The notes under the pieces were generated by a model. That model made no database searches. It was not told where the DNA came from and worked only from the letters and a program-made list of their open reading frames with translations. Position numbers and translations under genes: made by a program. A stretch of 42,262 nt of DNA from an uncultured Candidatus Saccharibacteria bacterium (GTDB lineage Bacteria > Patescibacteriota > Minisyncoccia > Phycocordibacterales > UBA9973): NCBI GenBank assembly GCA_964368775.1, contig CAYJCX010000002.1, positions 1 through 42,262 on the forward strand, read 5' to 3'. Shown piece by piece: positions 1 through 8,100 of the stretch. Each line of letters begins with the position of its first letter. The first letter of the stretch is position 1.

Positions 1-43
1 TATCTTTTATTGACATTAGGGTTGTATCTTTTATTAATAATAT

Positions 44-2005
44 TTACATGAAGCTCTTATTTATGGTTGCAGCTCCGCCGGATGGCATTGCTATATCTTT
101 AGCTACTGGCGATCCAGGATTTACGGCGGCCATACTAGCTTGTGCTGCTTCCTGTTTAACTGCTAGTTCTTGATCATTTAGGAATAGGTCATCGAATGGT
201 TCGCCCATAACTTGCGCGTATCTTTGTTTAAGATTTTGCACTTTCATAGAATCCATACCGAATAGATTTGCAGCCTGTGTGATCATAGAGATATACATAG
301 CTTGCGTCATCTTGTCGTTGTTCTTGTCTACTGGCACAATTTCGTAATAGAAATAGTAGTCAGGGTTATTAACCATAGAACGTAGCATATCTGGATTCAT
401 GTCTGTGAAACGAACATCTTGGCCAAATTCTTCTTGGTACTTTAGTTCTTCTGCGTGTAGAGAATCACTTGTCGCAACATTAGGGTTTTTGAAACGTAGG
501 ATTCTTAGGCCTTTTGTACCGTTTTCGAACGTGTCTTTGATTGGTATGTCTTCTGTCTTGCGTGTTCCGTAGTATAGAAGATTCATTAAAATTAAATGAG
601 AGATTTGTTTTTCCCAGCCTATAACTGCGTCAAAGATTCCACCTAATTTTAGTAGCTGTTTCTTTTGGGTATCAAGATACTGGCCTAAAGTCATATCTGT
701 TTGTGGTTGTGTACCCTCCAAAAGAGAAGAAACAGACTTAGAATCAATCTGTTCTTTGATCATTTGGACAAATTGGAATCCATTATTAGACATTCCAGGA
801 GTGTCTATAAGATTTGATATATCTTCTTTACGTAGGTTACGTGTTAGCTTTGTAGGCATGAATATATCCGGGCTTAGAAGACGGCCAGAATTGTTACCCG
901 CTGGCGGAAACGCTGCTTGTTCGAATTGGATTTTAGCTATACGCACAAGAGAATCATAAAGAGCCTGATCCATCTTTGTCTTTGCGGGAATACCCTTTGA
1001 ATATGCGCATAGGTTCATTGGATCTATATCACCTTTAGCTATGTAAGCAATACCAGATGGCGAAATAGCGGTTAATGGAAATGTACCACCAGTCTTTGAG
1101 TGAGCAAGCATTGGAACACCATTAATATAGATTTGGTATCTATTTTCAAATGGGCGCTGTGCTTCTATGACTTCTACTTTATTAAAATCTACTTCTGTAA
1201 AGAACCATTCGGAATAGATAGAACCTTGCGTTACCATTGCGCCTACTGATCCAATTCCTGGAACTGTACGCTTTGGAACATTAGCCCAGCGTGGAGAAAA
1301 TCCCCATATTGATTCCATTATTTCACGAGAGACGTATTCAACAGTATAAATACCTGATTGTTTACCAATATCATTTTGGAAGAAGTCTTCTAGAAAAACC
1401 TTTTTGCCATCTACAAGATTACAAGATGGGCCGTCAAATTGTAGGTGCATACCTACATGTTCCCATTGGATACCATCAAGGTCTGTATAAGATCCCTCTG
1501 GATTTGTAATTACTTTCTTTGGAACCCAAGATTGGACATGTTTAATACTAGCAAATGCTGTACCTTGTACAATTAGGTTTCTGTAATGAATAGGTCGTTT
1601 GCGATCATAGTTATCCAGTTGGCGCGCTTTGCGGATCCAAGCTGTGAAAGATGTAGATAGATCACTTAGTTCTTTTTCTTTATAAAAAACACTAACCTGT
1701 GCTTCAAAGTTAAAGTTTTCTAACATTGAAAGGATAGTGCTGTCTTTTTCGTGTGTTATTCCGGATGTAACACGAGTATCAAATTTGTTTTTCTTTGGCG
1801 CAATAAAAGAAATATCGGCCATTTCATTTGTTTCGTTGTATTTGATATAACCCATTCCATCAAATTGTGGGTGGGCTGATTCACGAACCATAGAAATTGC
1901 GAATAGTTTATTTAAATCAAACGATCTCTCCTCTATCTCACTCTCTGTAAGTTTTGGAGCATCAACAGCATCTTGTGTTTTTTGTTCAAATGTTTGAGCT
2001 GGCAT
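44..2005 (-). CDS. portal protein (putative)
   Basis: 653-aa ORF directly downstream of the large terminase in the same orientation. Size and position are typical of portals. There is no motif-level proof. Confidence 0.6.
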   Translation of the reverse strand: MPAQTFEQKTQDAVDAPKLTESEIEERSFDLNKLFAISMVRESAHPQFDGMGYIKYNETNEMADISFIAPKKNKFDTRVTSGITHEKDSTILSMLENFNFEAQVSVFYKEKELSDLSTSFTAWIRKARQLDNYDRKRPIHYRNLIVQGTAFASIKHVQSWVPKKVITNPEGSYTDLDGIQWEHVGMHLQFDGPSCNLVDGKKVFLEDFFQNDIGKQSGIYTVEYVSREIMESIWGFSPRWANVPKRTVPGIGSVGAMVTQGSIYSEWFFTEVDFNKVEVIEAQRPFENRYQIYINGVPMLAHSKTGGTFPLTAISPSGIAYIAKGDIDPMNLCAYSKGIPAKTKMDQALYDSLVRIAKIQFEQAAFPPAGNNSGRLLSPDIFMPTKLTRNLRKEDISNLIDTPGMSNNGFQFVQMIKEQIDSKSVSSLLEGTQPQTDMTLGQYLDTQKKQLLKLGGIFDAVIGWEKQISHLILMNLLYYGTRKTEDIPIKDTFENGTKGLRILRFKNPNVATSDSLHAEELKYQEEFGQDVRFTDMNPDMLRSMVNNPDYYFYYEIVPVDKNNDKMTQAMYISMITQAANLFGMDSMKVQNLKQRYAQVMGEPFDDLFLNDQELAVKQEAAQASMAAVNPGSPVAKDIAMPSGGAATINKSFM

Positions 2006-2065
2006 ATGATTGGATTATAAAATAATTAAACATAAAAACATAGTTAGGACAACCTGTGCATAACT

Positions 2066-3505
2066 TTAACCTAGATCAAATGGATCAAAATCTACTGTGT
2101 CTAATAAATCTTGCGCGTTTTGTATGTCTTCTTCTTGTGGAGACATAAATGCAAATTGTTTTTTAAGCATAAAGAATCCTCGCATAATGAAAGCATCCCC
2201 ATAATCGGGTGATCTTCCTAGTTCTGCTTTCATTTCATCTTTAGGAATAAGGGCCATCTTAACAGTATCATTATCCGGATTCTTAATTCGATACAGTGAA
2301 AGCTCCTGGTTAAACTCTTCATAGAATTGCATATCTTCTTCCATTGGAATTGATATAGCTACTTCATGGCGCTCGGTTAATTTAGCCATAACCCATGCAC
2401 ATTGGGTTTTAAGATTAGAAAAGTTTTGTTTCTCTAGATACTCATAGCGTGCATCTTCATTTTCTAATGGGGTTGAATTGTTTATAAATCCATATACACC
2501 AGTACATAAATCAACTACACCGCCGCCTACTCCGTCTTCATCAATAATGATATGGCTATATGGGATATTCTCAGTACGTGCATAGTCTTTTAGTTTTTGG
2601 GCTGTAACTTTAATATCTTGTTTTTGATAAACAACTTTTTTATATAGCTGCAAACCTTTCCAGAAATAGAAAACTGTTTTGTCATCTCCAAAGCGGGCCA
2701 CATCCACAGTCATGTATTTATCTTGTTCTCTAACAGTTGTTAGGGTATTAGACCAAAGATCATTAATAGGATCAAAGCCAAATAGTGTTCCGGCTACTGA
2801 ATCATATTCCCAGTTACCATCTTTAAGACGATCTCTAAGTGTTTTATCTTTTAGATTAGAAAGAGATCTTTCATATAAGGCGGATGTATGTTGGTTATCT
2901 CCGTAAAGTGCTTGAATGAAAGCATACCCAGCAGGTAGTAAATTATTCTTTGCGGGTAAATAAAAAACAGAATATGTCCAGTTCTTTTTTGGGTTTCCAG
3001 TTAATGCAAGCGTTGGGCGGATTTTAAATTCATCATTTTTATGACGGCCTACACGAGATTTAAGAACATCAAAGGCGCGAAAATCTATTTCTCCACATTC
3101 TTCCATAGCACCATCAGTATATTCGGATGATCCAAATCGTTCATAAAGCGGATCGGATGGTGCGTATTTAACATCAAGTAAATCAATACGTGATCCATTA
3201 GTAAATTCTATGTAGTGATATTGGCCGTTTAGTTTCCAGTGGACTCCTTGTTTTATATTATGAAAAGCACAGACTTTAACCCAAGTCTGGTATGTAGAAC
3301 CCATAAGGCGTGTTAATTCTTCACGAGCAATGAAAGATTTATAGCCTGGATATGCTAGAGCATTTATTAGTCTTGATTCACAAAGCCACCAAGACTTTCC
3401 TCCGCCGGCTCCTCCACCAAAAAATACATAGTCGTTACTCTTTAATGCTTGATACGCTTCGTATTGTTTCTTCGTAGGTCGTATTGTAACTGTCTGTTCC
3501 TCCAT
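2066..3505 (-). CDS. terL: terminase large subunit
   Basis: 479 aa. N-terminal Walker A-like FFGGGAGGGKSWW. C-terminal-half acidic nuclease-type motif VDVARFGDDKTVF. Flanked by the small-terminase candidate and the portal candidate. Confidence 0.9.
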   Translation of the reverse strand: MEEQTVTIRPTKKQYEAYQALKSNDYVFFGGGAGGGKSWWLCESRLINALAYPGYKSFIAREELTRLMGSTYQTWVKVCAFHNIKQGVHWKLNGQYHYIEFTNGSRIDLLDVKYAPSDPLYERFGSSEYTDGAMEECGEIDFRAFDVLKSRVGRHKNDEFKIRPTLALTGNPKKNWTYSVFYLPAKNNLLPAGYAFIQALYGDNQHTSALYERSLSNLKDKTLRDRLKDGNWEYDSVAGTLFGFDPINDLWSNTLTTVREQDKYMTVDVARFGDDKTVFYFWKGLQLYKKVVYQKQDIKVTAQKLKDYARTENIPYSHIIIDEDGVGGGVVDLCTGVYGFINNSTPLENEDARYEYLEKQNFSNLKTQCAWVMAKLTERHEVAISIPMEEDMQFYEEFNQELSLYRIKNPDNDTVKMALIPKDEMKAELGRSPDYGDAFIMRGFFMLKKQFAFMSPQEEDIQNAQDLLDTVDFDPFDLG

Positions 3506-4109
3506 TTGGATTCATAATTATGATTTGTTTTATTTCGACCTTGGATCCCTCGCCTGGTGGTAATTTATATTTACCTTTAATTTTCATATAAATATCTAGC
3601 CCATCTTTACGTGCGCGATTATCAGCAGACCAAAAATATACATAGCGAAAGTCTTGACCATGTATTATCTTTTTTACAGTACAGTTTACTTCGGCGAGCA
3701 TAATTTTAATTTCTTCATCAGTTATTTGCTCTGTATCATCTTCAATTATCTCCTCATAGTCATCTTCTTCATCTTTATTAAGATTAACTTTAGGTTTTTT
3801 AGGTTTTTTTAATGCAGGAAAAGTCATCTGGTCTAGATGTGTAGCTTTCATAAGACTTTTATGGGTTTCAATAGCTAAAGATTCCGGTATATGTTCTTTC
3901 ATTAGTTCTTCCCAGCCTTTAGATCTTGTTATTTGTTGGGGATTTTTTTGAGTAACAGCAGGAAGACCGGCATCTCTTATTGCCTTTGACACGCTAACTT
4001 TTCCAGTATTTTCCAGTTGTTCTTTGACTTTGTCAAATACTCTTCTTTGGTTAATGGTAGGTTTACGATTTATAGATTTTTTTGGTTTTACTGGGATGGT
4101 ATCTTCCAC
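3435..4109 (-). CDS. terminase small subunit (putative)
   Basis: 224 aa directly upstream of TerL. N-terminal HTH-like segment KVSVSKAIRDAGLPAVTQKNPQQI, followed by an acidic linker. Start codon is GTG (plus-strand cac at 4107-4109). The 3' end overlaps the TerL start by 71 nt in another frame. Confidence 0.5.
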   Translation of the reverse strand: MEDTIPVKPKKSINRKPTINQRRVFDKVKEQLENTGKVSVSKAIRDAGLPAVTQKNPQQITRSKGWEELMKEHIPESLAIETHKSLMKATHLDQMTFPALKKPKKPKVNLNKDEEDDYEEIIEDDTEQITDEEIKIMLAEVNCTVKKIIHGQDFRYVYFWSADNRARKDGLDIYMKIKGKYKLPPGEGSKVEIKQIIIMNPNGGTDSYNTTYEETIRSVSSIKE

Positions 4110-4136
4110 AATAGATTCATTTTAAATCAAGAGAGC

Positions 4137-4183
4137 AAAAAAAGCCAATCCTCATGGTTCTGGTTTGTCCACAGGGAAAGGCT
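4137..4183 (-). terminator. intrinsic terminator between the HNH-fusion gene and TerS
   Basis: On the minus strand AGCCUUUCC ... GGAUUGGCU form an imperfect stem (4183-4175 / 4151-4143), followed by a run of 7 U (plus-strand A-tract 4137-4143). Confidence 0.55.
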
Positions 4184-4213
4184 AAATCTTATATATTATA
4201 TTTATTATTATTA

Positions 4214-4789
4214 TTAGTCATGGGGATTGTGTGAATATGTGGGGATAACCCGACTTTTTACTGCTAACATGCCACGATCTGCCAGTGCATGATGATTAGG
4301 ACAAAGTAAAGCTAGGTTTTCTATATCATCAGTTCCACCCTTATGTCTAGGAATAATATGATGGACTTCAACTACTTCATCAAAACTACATATAAAACAT
4401 TTACTACCATACATTTGATGTAAGTAACCATATTTCCCAGCTAATTTTAATTGAAATATTTTCTTCTTTTTTTCTTCTTTTATTTCTACTTTTACTTCGG
4501 GTGTTGGATCTAGATATTTTGTAAGATCCTTATATTTTTCTAGTAAAAATTGGAATCTATTATCACTTTCACTTTTATGAATTGAATGGATTACAGTAGT
4601 GTGATCCCTGTTTAAAATCTTTGCTATCCTAGGGTATGAAAGGAAATTAGCCCTACAAAGAGAAATAAACAAATCTCTTGCTTTAACTACTTCAATATCT
4701 CTTGCAGGGCTACTAATTTCTTCCTTAGTAAATCCAGTTTCCATAAAAACTATCTTAAAAACAACCTCTTTTATTTCGTCTATTCGCAT
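4214..4789 (-). CDS. DnaA C-terminal-domain-like HTH fused to an HNH endonuclease
   Basis: 191 aa. The N-terminal SSPARDIEVVKARDLFISLCRANFLSYPRIAKILNRDHTTVIHSIHK matches the DnaA domain IV signature (compare ...ARQIAMYL...IG..FG.RDHTTVLHA). The C-terminal CFICSFDEVVEVHHIIPRHKGGTDDIENLALLCPNHHALADRG is a complete HNH zinc-finger nuclease motif. Confidence 0.8.
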   Translation of the reverse strand: MRIDEIKEVVFKIVFMETGFTKEEISSPARDIEVVKARDLFISLCRANFLSYPRIAKILNRDHTTVIHSIHKSESDNRFQFLLEKYKDLTKYLDPTPEVKVEIKEEKKKKIFQLKLAGKYGYLHQMYGSKCFICSFDEVVEVHHIIPRHKGGTDDIENLALLCPNHHALADRGMLAVKSRVIPTYSHNPHD

Positions 4790-4800
4790 ACACGTAATAT

Positions 4801-4806
4801 ATTATA
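4801..4806 (-). promoter_or_regulatory. candidate -10 element (TATAAT) for the DnaA-HTH/HNH gene
   Basis: The minus strand reads CACCTATAAT, then 11 nt, then the ATG at 4789. No convincing -35. Two DnaA-like boxes lie just upstream. Confidence 0.4.
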
Positions 4807-4832
4807 GGTGTATAACTAAAACAAGCCCAAAA

Positions 4833-4852
4833 GTGGATAAAAAAGTGGATAA
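4833..4852 (-). promoter_or_regulatory. two tandem DnaA-box-like sites (TTATCCAC x2, 12-bp period)
   Basis: Plus-strand AAGTGGATAAAAAAGTGGATAAAAAG. Exact GTGGATAA at 4833-4840 and 4845-4852, which is TTATCCAC on the coding strand. Confidence 0.6.
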
Positions 4853-4913
4853 AAAGGGGAATAAAATAAACTAAATTTTGTGAAACATTTGTGAAACGTC
4901 TTTTCCCCTTTTT
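4851..4913. repeat. 11-bp inverted repeat AAAAAGGGGAA / TTCCCCTTTTT enclosing the TTTGTGAAAC repeats
   Basis: 4851-4861 is the exact reverse complement of 4903-4913. The intervening loop is about 41 nt. Confidence 0.6.
4877..4897. repeat. tandem direct repeat TTTGTGAAAC x2 (11-bp period, iteron-like)
   Basis: Copies at 4877-4886 and 4888-4897, read directly from the sequence. Confidence 0.6.
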
Positions 4914-4921
4914 ATACCCCT

Positions 4922-4976
4922 GTAATTAACAGTTTTAATACACTGGTAATTAACAGTCTAATAACCTGTTAATTAC
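4922..4976. repeat. three copies of GTAATTAACAG (two direct, one inverted), operator-like
   Basis: GTAATTAACAG at 4922-4932 and 4946-4956. The reverse complement CTGTTAATTAC lies at 4966-4976 and overlaps the stop codon of the upstream gene. Confidence 0.6.
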
Positions 4977-5395
4977 TACAATTTACCCTTTAAAATAACA
5001 GCGCCACGCAATCTATCCCTCTTATAATTAGCAAAAACACCCTTATATCCAGTATATACGAAAAATTCCATGGCTAGATCAGTATCTAGCTCTACACCTA
5101 TGTAAATTGTTGGAATTGGGACCTCATTGTTTTCTTTATCAAATGCGCGCCAAGTGGGATCATAGGCATGTTCTCCATCTGTTACCCATGCGTGCAATAC
5201 CCATTCTCTGGTATCTGGAGTTAGAGCTATACCCTCTACATATCTAAATTGTTTATGAATATATGACGCGGCTAAACTATATTCAAAACACTCACCTACT
5301 GGACCACGATTTATAAAATCCGGACAAACTGCCGGTTTATACTCTTTTCCATTGGTTTCTATGAAATTTAGTATTCTAGAAGTTAGTTTTGACAT
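4976..5395 (-). CDS. transglutaminase-like / papain-fold cysteine peptidase domain protein (tentative)
   Basis: 139 aa. The ordered motifs GECFEYS ... LHAWV ... AYDPTW resemble the Cys / His-Ala-Trp / Asp-Pro-Thr signature of transglutaminase-like enzymes. Confidence 0.4.
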   Translation of the reverse strand: MSKLTSRILNFIETNGKEYKPAVCPDFINRGPVGECFEYSLAASYIHKQFRYVEGIALTPDTREWVLHAWVTDGEHAYDPTWRAFDKENNEVPIPTIYIGVELDTDLAMEFFVYTGYKGVFANYKRDRLRGAVILKGKL

Positions 5396-5570
5396 ACTTC
5401 TTCACATTCTTAATACCAAGTATCTTAAATATGGCCTTGCGTTGGTCTAAATTGACTAAGGCTGGGTTAAAACCGAATAGGTAGACTTGTTTACCTTTTC
5501 CCACGAAATAGTGATCCTCGCGGTTTCTGGCGCTAGATTTCCATGTTTCTATGTATATGTCTGGTTTCAT
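5376..5570 (-). CDS. hypothetical protein
   Basis: 64-aa ORF in the co-oriented tightly packed array. It overlaps the next gene by 20 nt. Confidence 0.4.
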   Translation of the reverse strand: MKPDIYIETWKSSARNREDHYFVGKGKQVYLFGFNPALVNLDQRKAIFKILGIKNVKKYVKTNF

Positions 5571-5571
5571 A

Positions 5572-5814
5572 TTAGCCTATGTACTTAACCTCTAATACTC
5601 TAAAGTCTACATAAGCTGTTTCTATTGCAAAACCTATAGCTTTTTTCATCTTCTTAATATACTCCATATCTACTACACTTGTAGTTTCATAGGTAACTTC
5701 TAAATTGTCTCCTGCGGTAATGCCAGTTATACCTAAATCCATTGCTCCCATGAAAGTAGCAATTTTATCGTACATCTTATGCTGGACCGTAACTATAAAT
5801 TTAAGTTTATTCAT
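5572..5814 (-). CDS. hypothetical protein
   Basis: 80-aa ORF with an ATG start, abutting the next gene by 1 nt. Confidence 0.45.
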   Translation of the reverse strand: MNKLKFIVTVQHKMYDKIATFMGAMDLGITGITAGDNLEVTYETTSVVDMEYIKKMKKAIGFAIETAYVDFRVLEVKYIG

Positions 5815-5877
5815 ATGTATAAGTTCTAGTTATATATAAATGGTTATGTATAAGATTTTTGTTATTTTAGTGATATA

Positions 5878-6051
5878 TCATTGGTTTAATCCACAATAAT
5901 CTTCGTACGTCTTCCTAAAGCTATCTCTAGCCTTTACTGCTTGCTTTAGATTCTTAAATGTTCCAACTCTAAACCGGACCCTGTTTATACATTTCTCTAC
6001 TACGTAGCTTCCTTTTCTGTAATATATATTCTGGTAGCCCAGTTTATTCAT
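5878..6051 (-). CDS. AP2-like DNA-binding domain protein (tentative, below the ORF-track cutoff)
   Basis: 57 codons, ATG at 6051 and TGA at 5878-5880, starting 3 nt after the preceding stop. MNKLGYQNIYYRKGSYVVEKCINRVRFRVGTFKNLKQAVKARDSFRKTYEDYCGLNQ resembles the AP2 strand-strand-strand-helix pattern. Confidence 0.4.
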   Translation of the reverse strand: MNKLGYQNIYYRKGSYVVEKCINRVRFRVGTFKNLKQAVKARDSFRKTYEDYCGLNQ

Positions 6052-6054
6052 GTT

Positions 6055-6246
6055 TTAATTTAGAATCTTACTTAGGCCTATAATAGCTAGTGATAGAGAT
6101 AGGACTATCCCTGCGAAGACATTAATGAATAGCCACATATCTGCAAAGGCACTTCTATCAAGATACCGTTTTTTATATTCCTTGGACCAGTTTATCCAGC
6201 CAAAGACATATAAGGTTATTAGTGGTAGGAAATATAGTATTTTCAT
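6055..6246 (-). CDS. small membrane protein (two predicted TM helices)
   Basis: 63 aa with two hydrophobic stretches, ILYFLPLITLYVFGWI and LFINVFAGIVLSLSLAIIGL. Confidence 0.45.
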   Translation of the reverse strand: MKILYFLPLITLYVFGWINWSKEYKKRYLDRSAFADMWLFINVFAGIVLSLSLAIIGLSKILN

Positions 6247-6249
6247 AAA

Positions 6250-6522
6250 TTATTTTCTTCTTTTTACTCTTACTAATTTGAATAGTACCCATTCCCCATG
6301 TTGTGTTGCTTTGTCTTTAAAATTTTTAGTATGGGAAAGTTGAGCCATAGCTTCTTCATGTGAAAAAGCATAACGTCTTATATCACATGGTGTATTAGAA
6401 TTAATTACCATCCAAATATACTTGGCATTTTGAGTAGTTTTATTGGCTAACTGTTGCCCAAGCTCGAAAGCGCAAGCTGGGCATTGTGTATTAAAACACG
6501 TATGTTCTGGTTTATTTCTCAT
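6250..6522 (-). CDS. hypothetical protein
   Basis: 90-aa ORF, tightly packed, with N-terminal CFNTQCPAC cysteines. Confidence 0.45.
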   Translation of the reverse strand: MRNKPEHTCFNTQCPACAFELGQQLANKTTQNAKYIWMVINSNTPCDIRRYAFSHEEAMAQLSHTKNFKDKATQHGEWVLFKLVRVKRRK

Positions 6523-6523
6523 A

Positions 6524-6901
6524 CTATTTATTCTTTAATGCTAAATATAAATTGGCTACTGCAATTAAACGTGTTTCGCCTGTTGCGGACCATGAATACC
6601 AAAATGCTTCATCTCCATACTCGGCGAGGTGGTATTTCCCTGCTCTCCAGTAGTATCTTTTATCTGCTTCATATGTGGCATAGCCAACTTCTTCTTGCAT
6701 AAGACAATTAAAATCTTCTCCACAGGCATCTATAAGTTCTTCTAGGGTAGGGATTATTATTGTATGGGTCATAACTCCATTTACAAAGAAAGGTCTTATA
6801 TCTCCTCCCTCTACTAATTCTCTATTCCAATAACACCAGGTATCTTGTTTACTTTGTGGAAATCCAGCTTCTTTAAGTTTAAGTGCTAATTCGTATGTCA
6901 T
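6524..6901 (-). CDS. hypothetical protein, paralog of 8472..8807
   Basis: 125 aa. Shares ELALKLKEAGF / PTLEELIDA / ATGETRLIAVANLYLAL with CLALKDAGY / PTLDELIYA / ATGGIPIEAVCNLYLKV of the 8472..8807 product. Confidence 0.5.
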   Translation of the reverse strand: MTYELALKLKEAGFPQSKQDTWCYWNRELVEGGDIRPFFVNGVMTHTIIIPTLEELIDACGEDFNCLMQEEVGYATYEADKRYYWRAGKYHLAEYGDEAFWYSWSATGETRLIAVANLYLALKNK

Positions 6902-6904
6902 AAA

Positions 6905-7066
6905 TTATTTTTCTTCCTCTAATAATCTCTCTACCATTTCTTCAACACATTCTTTTGAGACTATATGGTGGTATTTTAAACCAAATAAAGTATAAAATAT
7001 GACTGTTAATCTTTCTCTCCATGTGTTTTCACTTGGTTCTATTAAAATAAAAGTTTGTTTTTTCAT
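6905..7066 (-). CDS. small hypothetical protein (below the ORF-track cutoff)
   Basis: 53 codons, ATG at 7066 and TAA at 6905-6907. It exactly fills the gap between neighbouring genes. Confidence 0.3.
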   Translation of the reverse strand: MKKQTFILIEPSENTWRERLTVIFYTLFGLKYHHIVSKECVEEMVERLLEEEK

Positions 7067-7067
7067 A

Positions 7068-7373
7068 TTAACTAAAATTACCTATTACGTTACAGTCAAG
7101 ACAAATATCATATCCAGCTAGATCATCGCGTCTATGATTAGTATGATCACACGGCTTGTTCTTTTCGTACTCTTCGTCCAATATCTTTAAAACCATCCTT
7201 ACTTCTAATACTGCTCTTGGTGATGGTAAATCAATATTTTCCCCAAAATGTAAAGTATCTATGTTTTTAAATAAATTATTAAATCTTTCTGACGGCTTCA
7301 TAGGCTTACAGTCATCACAAAAGATATATTTACCGTTTTCGTATAGTGGATGTTTTGATTTACATTGCTTCAT
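7068..7373 (-). CDS. Cys-rich (zinc-ribbon-like) small protein
   Basis: The start is taken at the ATG at 7373 (MKQCKSK...), giving a 14-nt overlap with the upstream stop. The track start at 7439 would overlap by 80 nt. Contains CDDC ... CDH ... CLDC motifs. Confidence 0.45.
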   Translation of the reverse strand: MKQCKSKHPLYENGKYIFCDDCKPMKPSERFNNLFKNIDTLHFGENIDLPSPRAVLEVRMVLKILDEEYEKNKPCDHTNHRRDDLAGYDICLDCNVIGNFS

Positions 7374-7629
7374 ATTCCTCTCTTTTACTTCTAATGTGGG
7401 CAACAATCTGGTCGATAGAATTATTGAATCCATAACCATAAAACCAGTCAGTATCTGTCTCTTCTTTAGTATTTTCTAACTTCATCTTCTCTATCTCGCT
7501 CACCAGTTCTTCATCTCTTTGATGGATGATGTCGAGCCAGTAGTTTTCGATGTCTGACCATAAAAATTCTCCATCAAATTCTTCTGATTTTACTTTCCAG
7601 TCTTCGCGTAGTTGGTTAGGTGTTTTCAT
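7360..7629 (-). CDS. hypothetical acidic protein
   Basis: 89-aa ORF within the packed array. Confidence 0.45.
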   Translation of the reverse strand: MKTPNQLREDWKVKSEEFDGEFLWSDIENYWLDIIHQRDEELVSEIEKMKLENTKEETDTDWFYGYGFNNSIDQIVAHIRSKREEYEAM

Positions 7630-7636
7630 AGGGGGG

Positions 7637-8083
7637 TTAAATCTTCTTAGAATCTTTTAATTTCCAATACCATTTATAATAACTTTTAACTGCATCTGTG
7701 AAAGCATATAACAGGGTTTCTTCCTCTTTCATATTGTTTATTACTATAGGATACTGTTTTTTAAATTTTACTTTGCTAATACCGTTTGCGAAAAATACAG
7801 CGTGCATAAATTCGTGAGAAACTACACCTGCTCCAACATAATCAAGGCATGTCAATACGTATCCTGTATGTTTCATTTTATTTATCTTTTTCATGTCTTT
7901 GACCTTATTTGCCTTAAAATATTCACGGTTTATACATACAGCACCAATTACTTCATGCCCAGTTTCCATAGGACACATTTTTTTATATTCTGTTCTCATT
8001 TCATCTATATTTTTAAAAATATACGCCCAAATGAAATTACCTTGTTTATTTACTATTATTTTTTTGCGGTAGTATTTCTTCAT
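7637..8083 (-). CDS. HExxH-motif protein (possible zinc metallopeptidase)
   Basis: 148 aa with a single VVSHEFMHAVF motif and no further support. Confidence 0.35.
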   Translation of the reverse strand: MKKYYRKKIIVNKQGNFIWAYIFKNIDEMRTEYKKMCPMETGHEVIGAVCINREYFKANKVKDMKKINKMKHTGYVLTCLDYVGAGVVSHEFMHAVFFANGISKVKFKKQYPIVINNMKEEETLLYAFTDAVKSYYKWYWKLKDSKKI

Positions 8084-8100
8084 ATCTCTATAGTGATTGA

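Noticed and set aside
10-38. TTGACA-N17-ATTAAT promoter-like sequence on the plus strand and the TATCTTTTATT direct repeat (1-11 and 25-35).
   Set aside because: The promoter would fire antisense into the portal gene, and its -10 is weak. The 11-mer repeat is A/T-rich and could arise by chance. It is noted only in case the window junction proves to be a packaging or terminal region.
4790-4976. Possibility that the clustered short repeats are a CRISPR array or mobile-element ends.
   Set aside because: The repeats are 8-11 bp, of four different kinds, and have no regular repeat-spacer structure. There are no transposase, integrase or cas genes anywhere.
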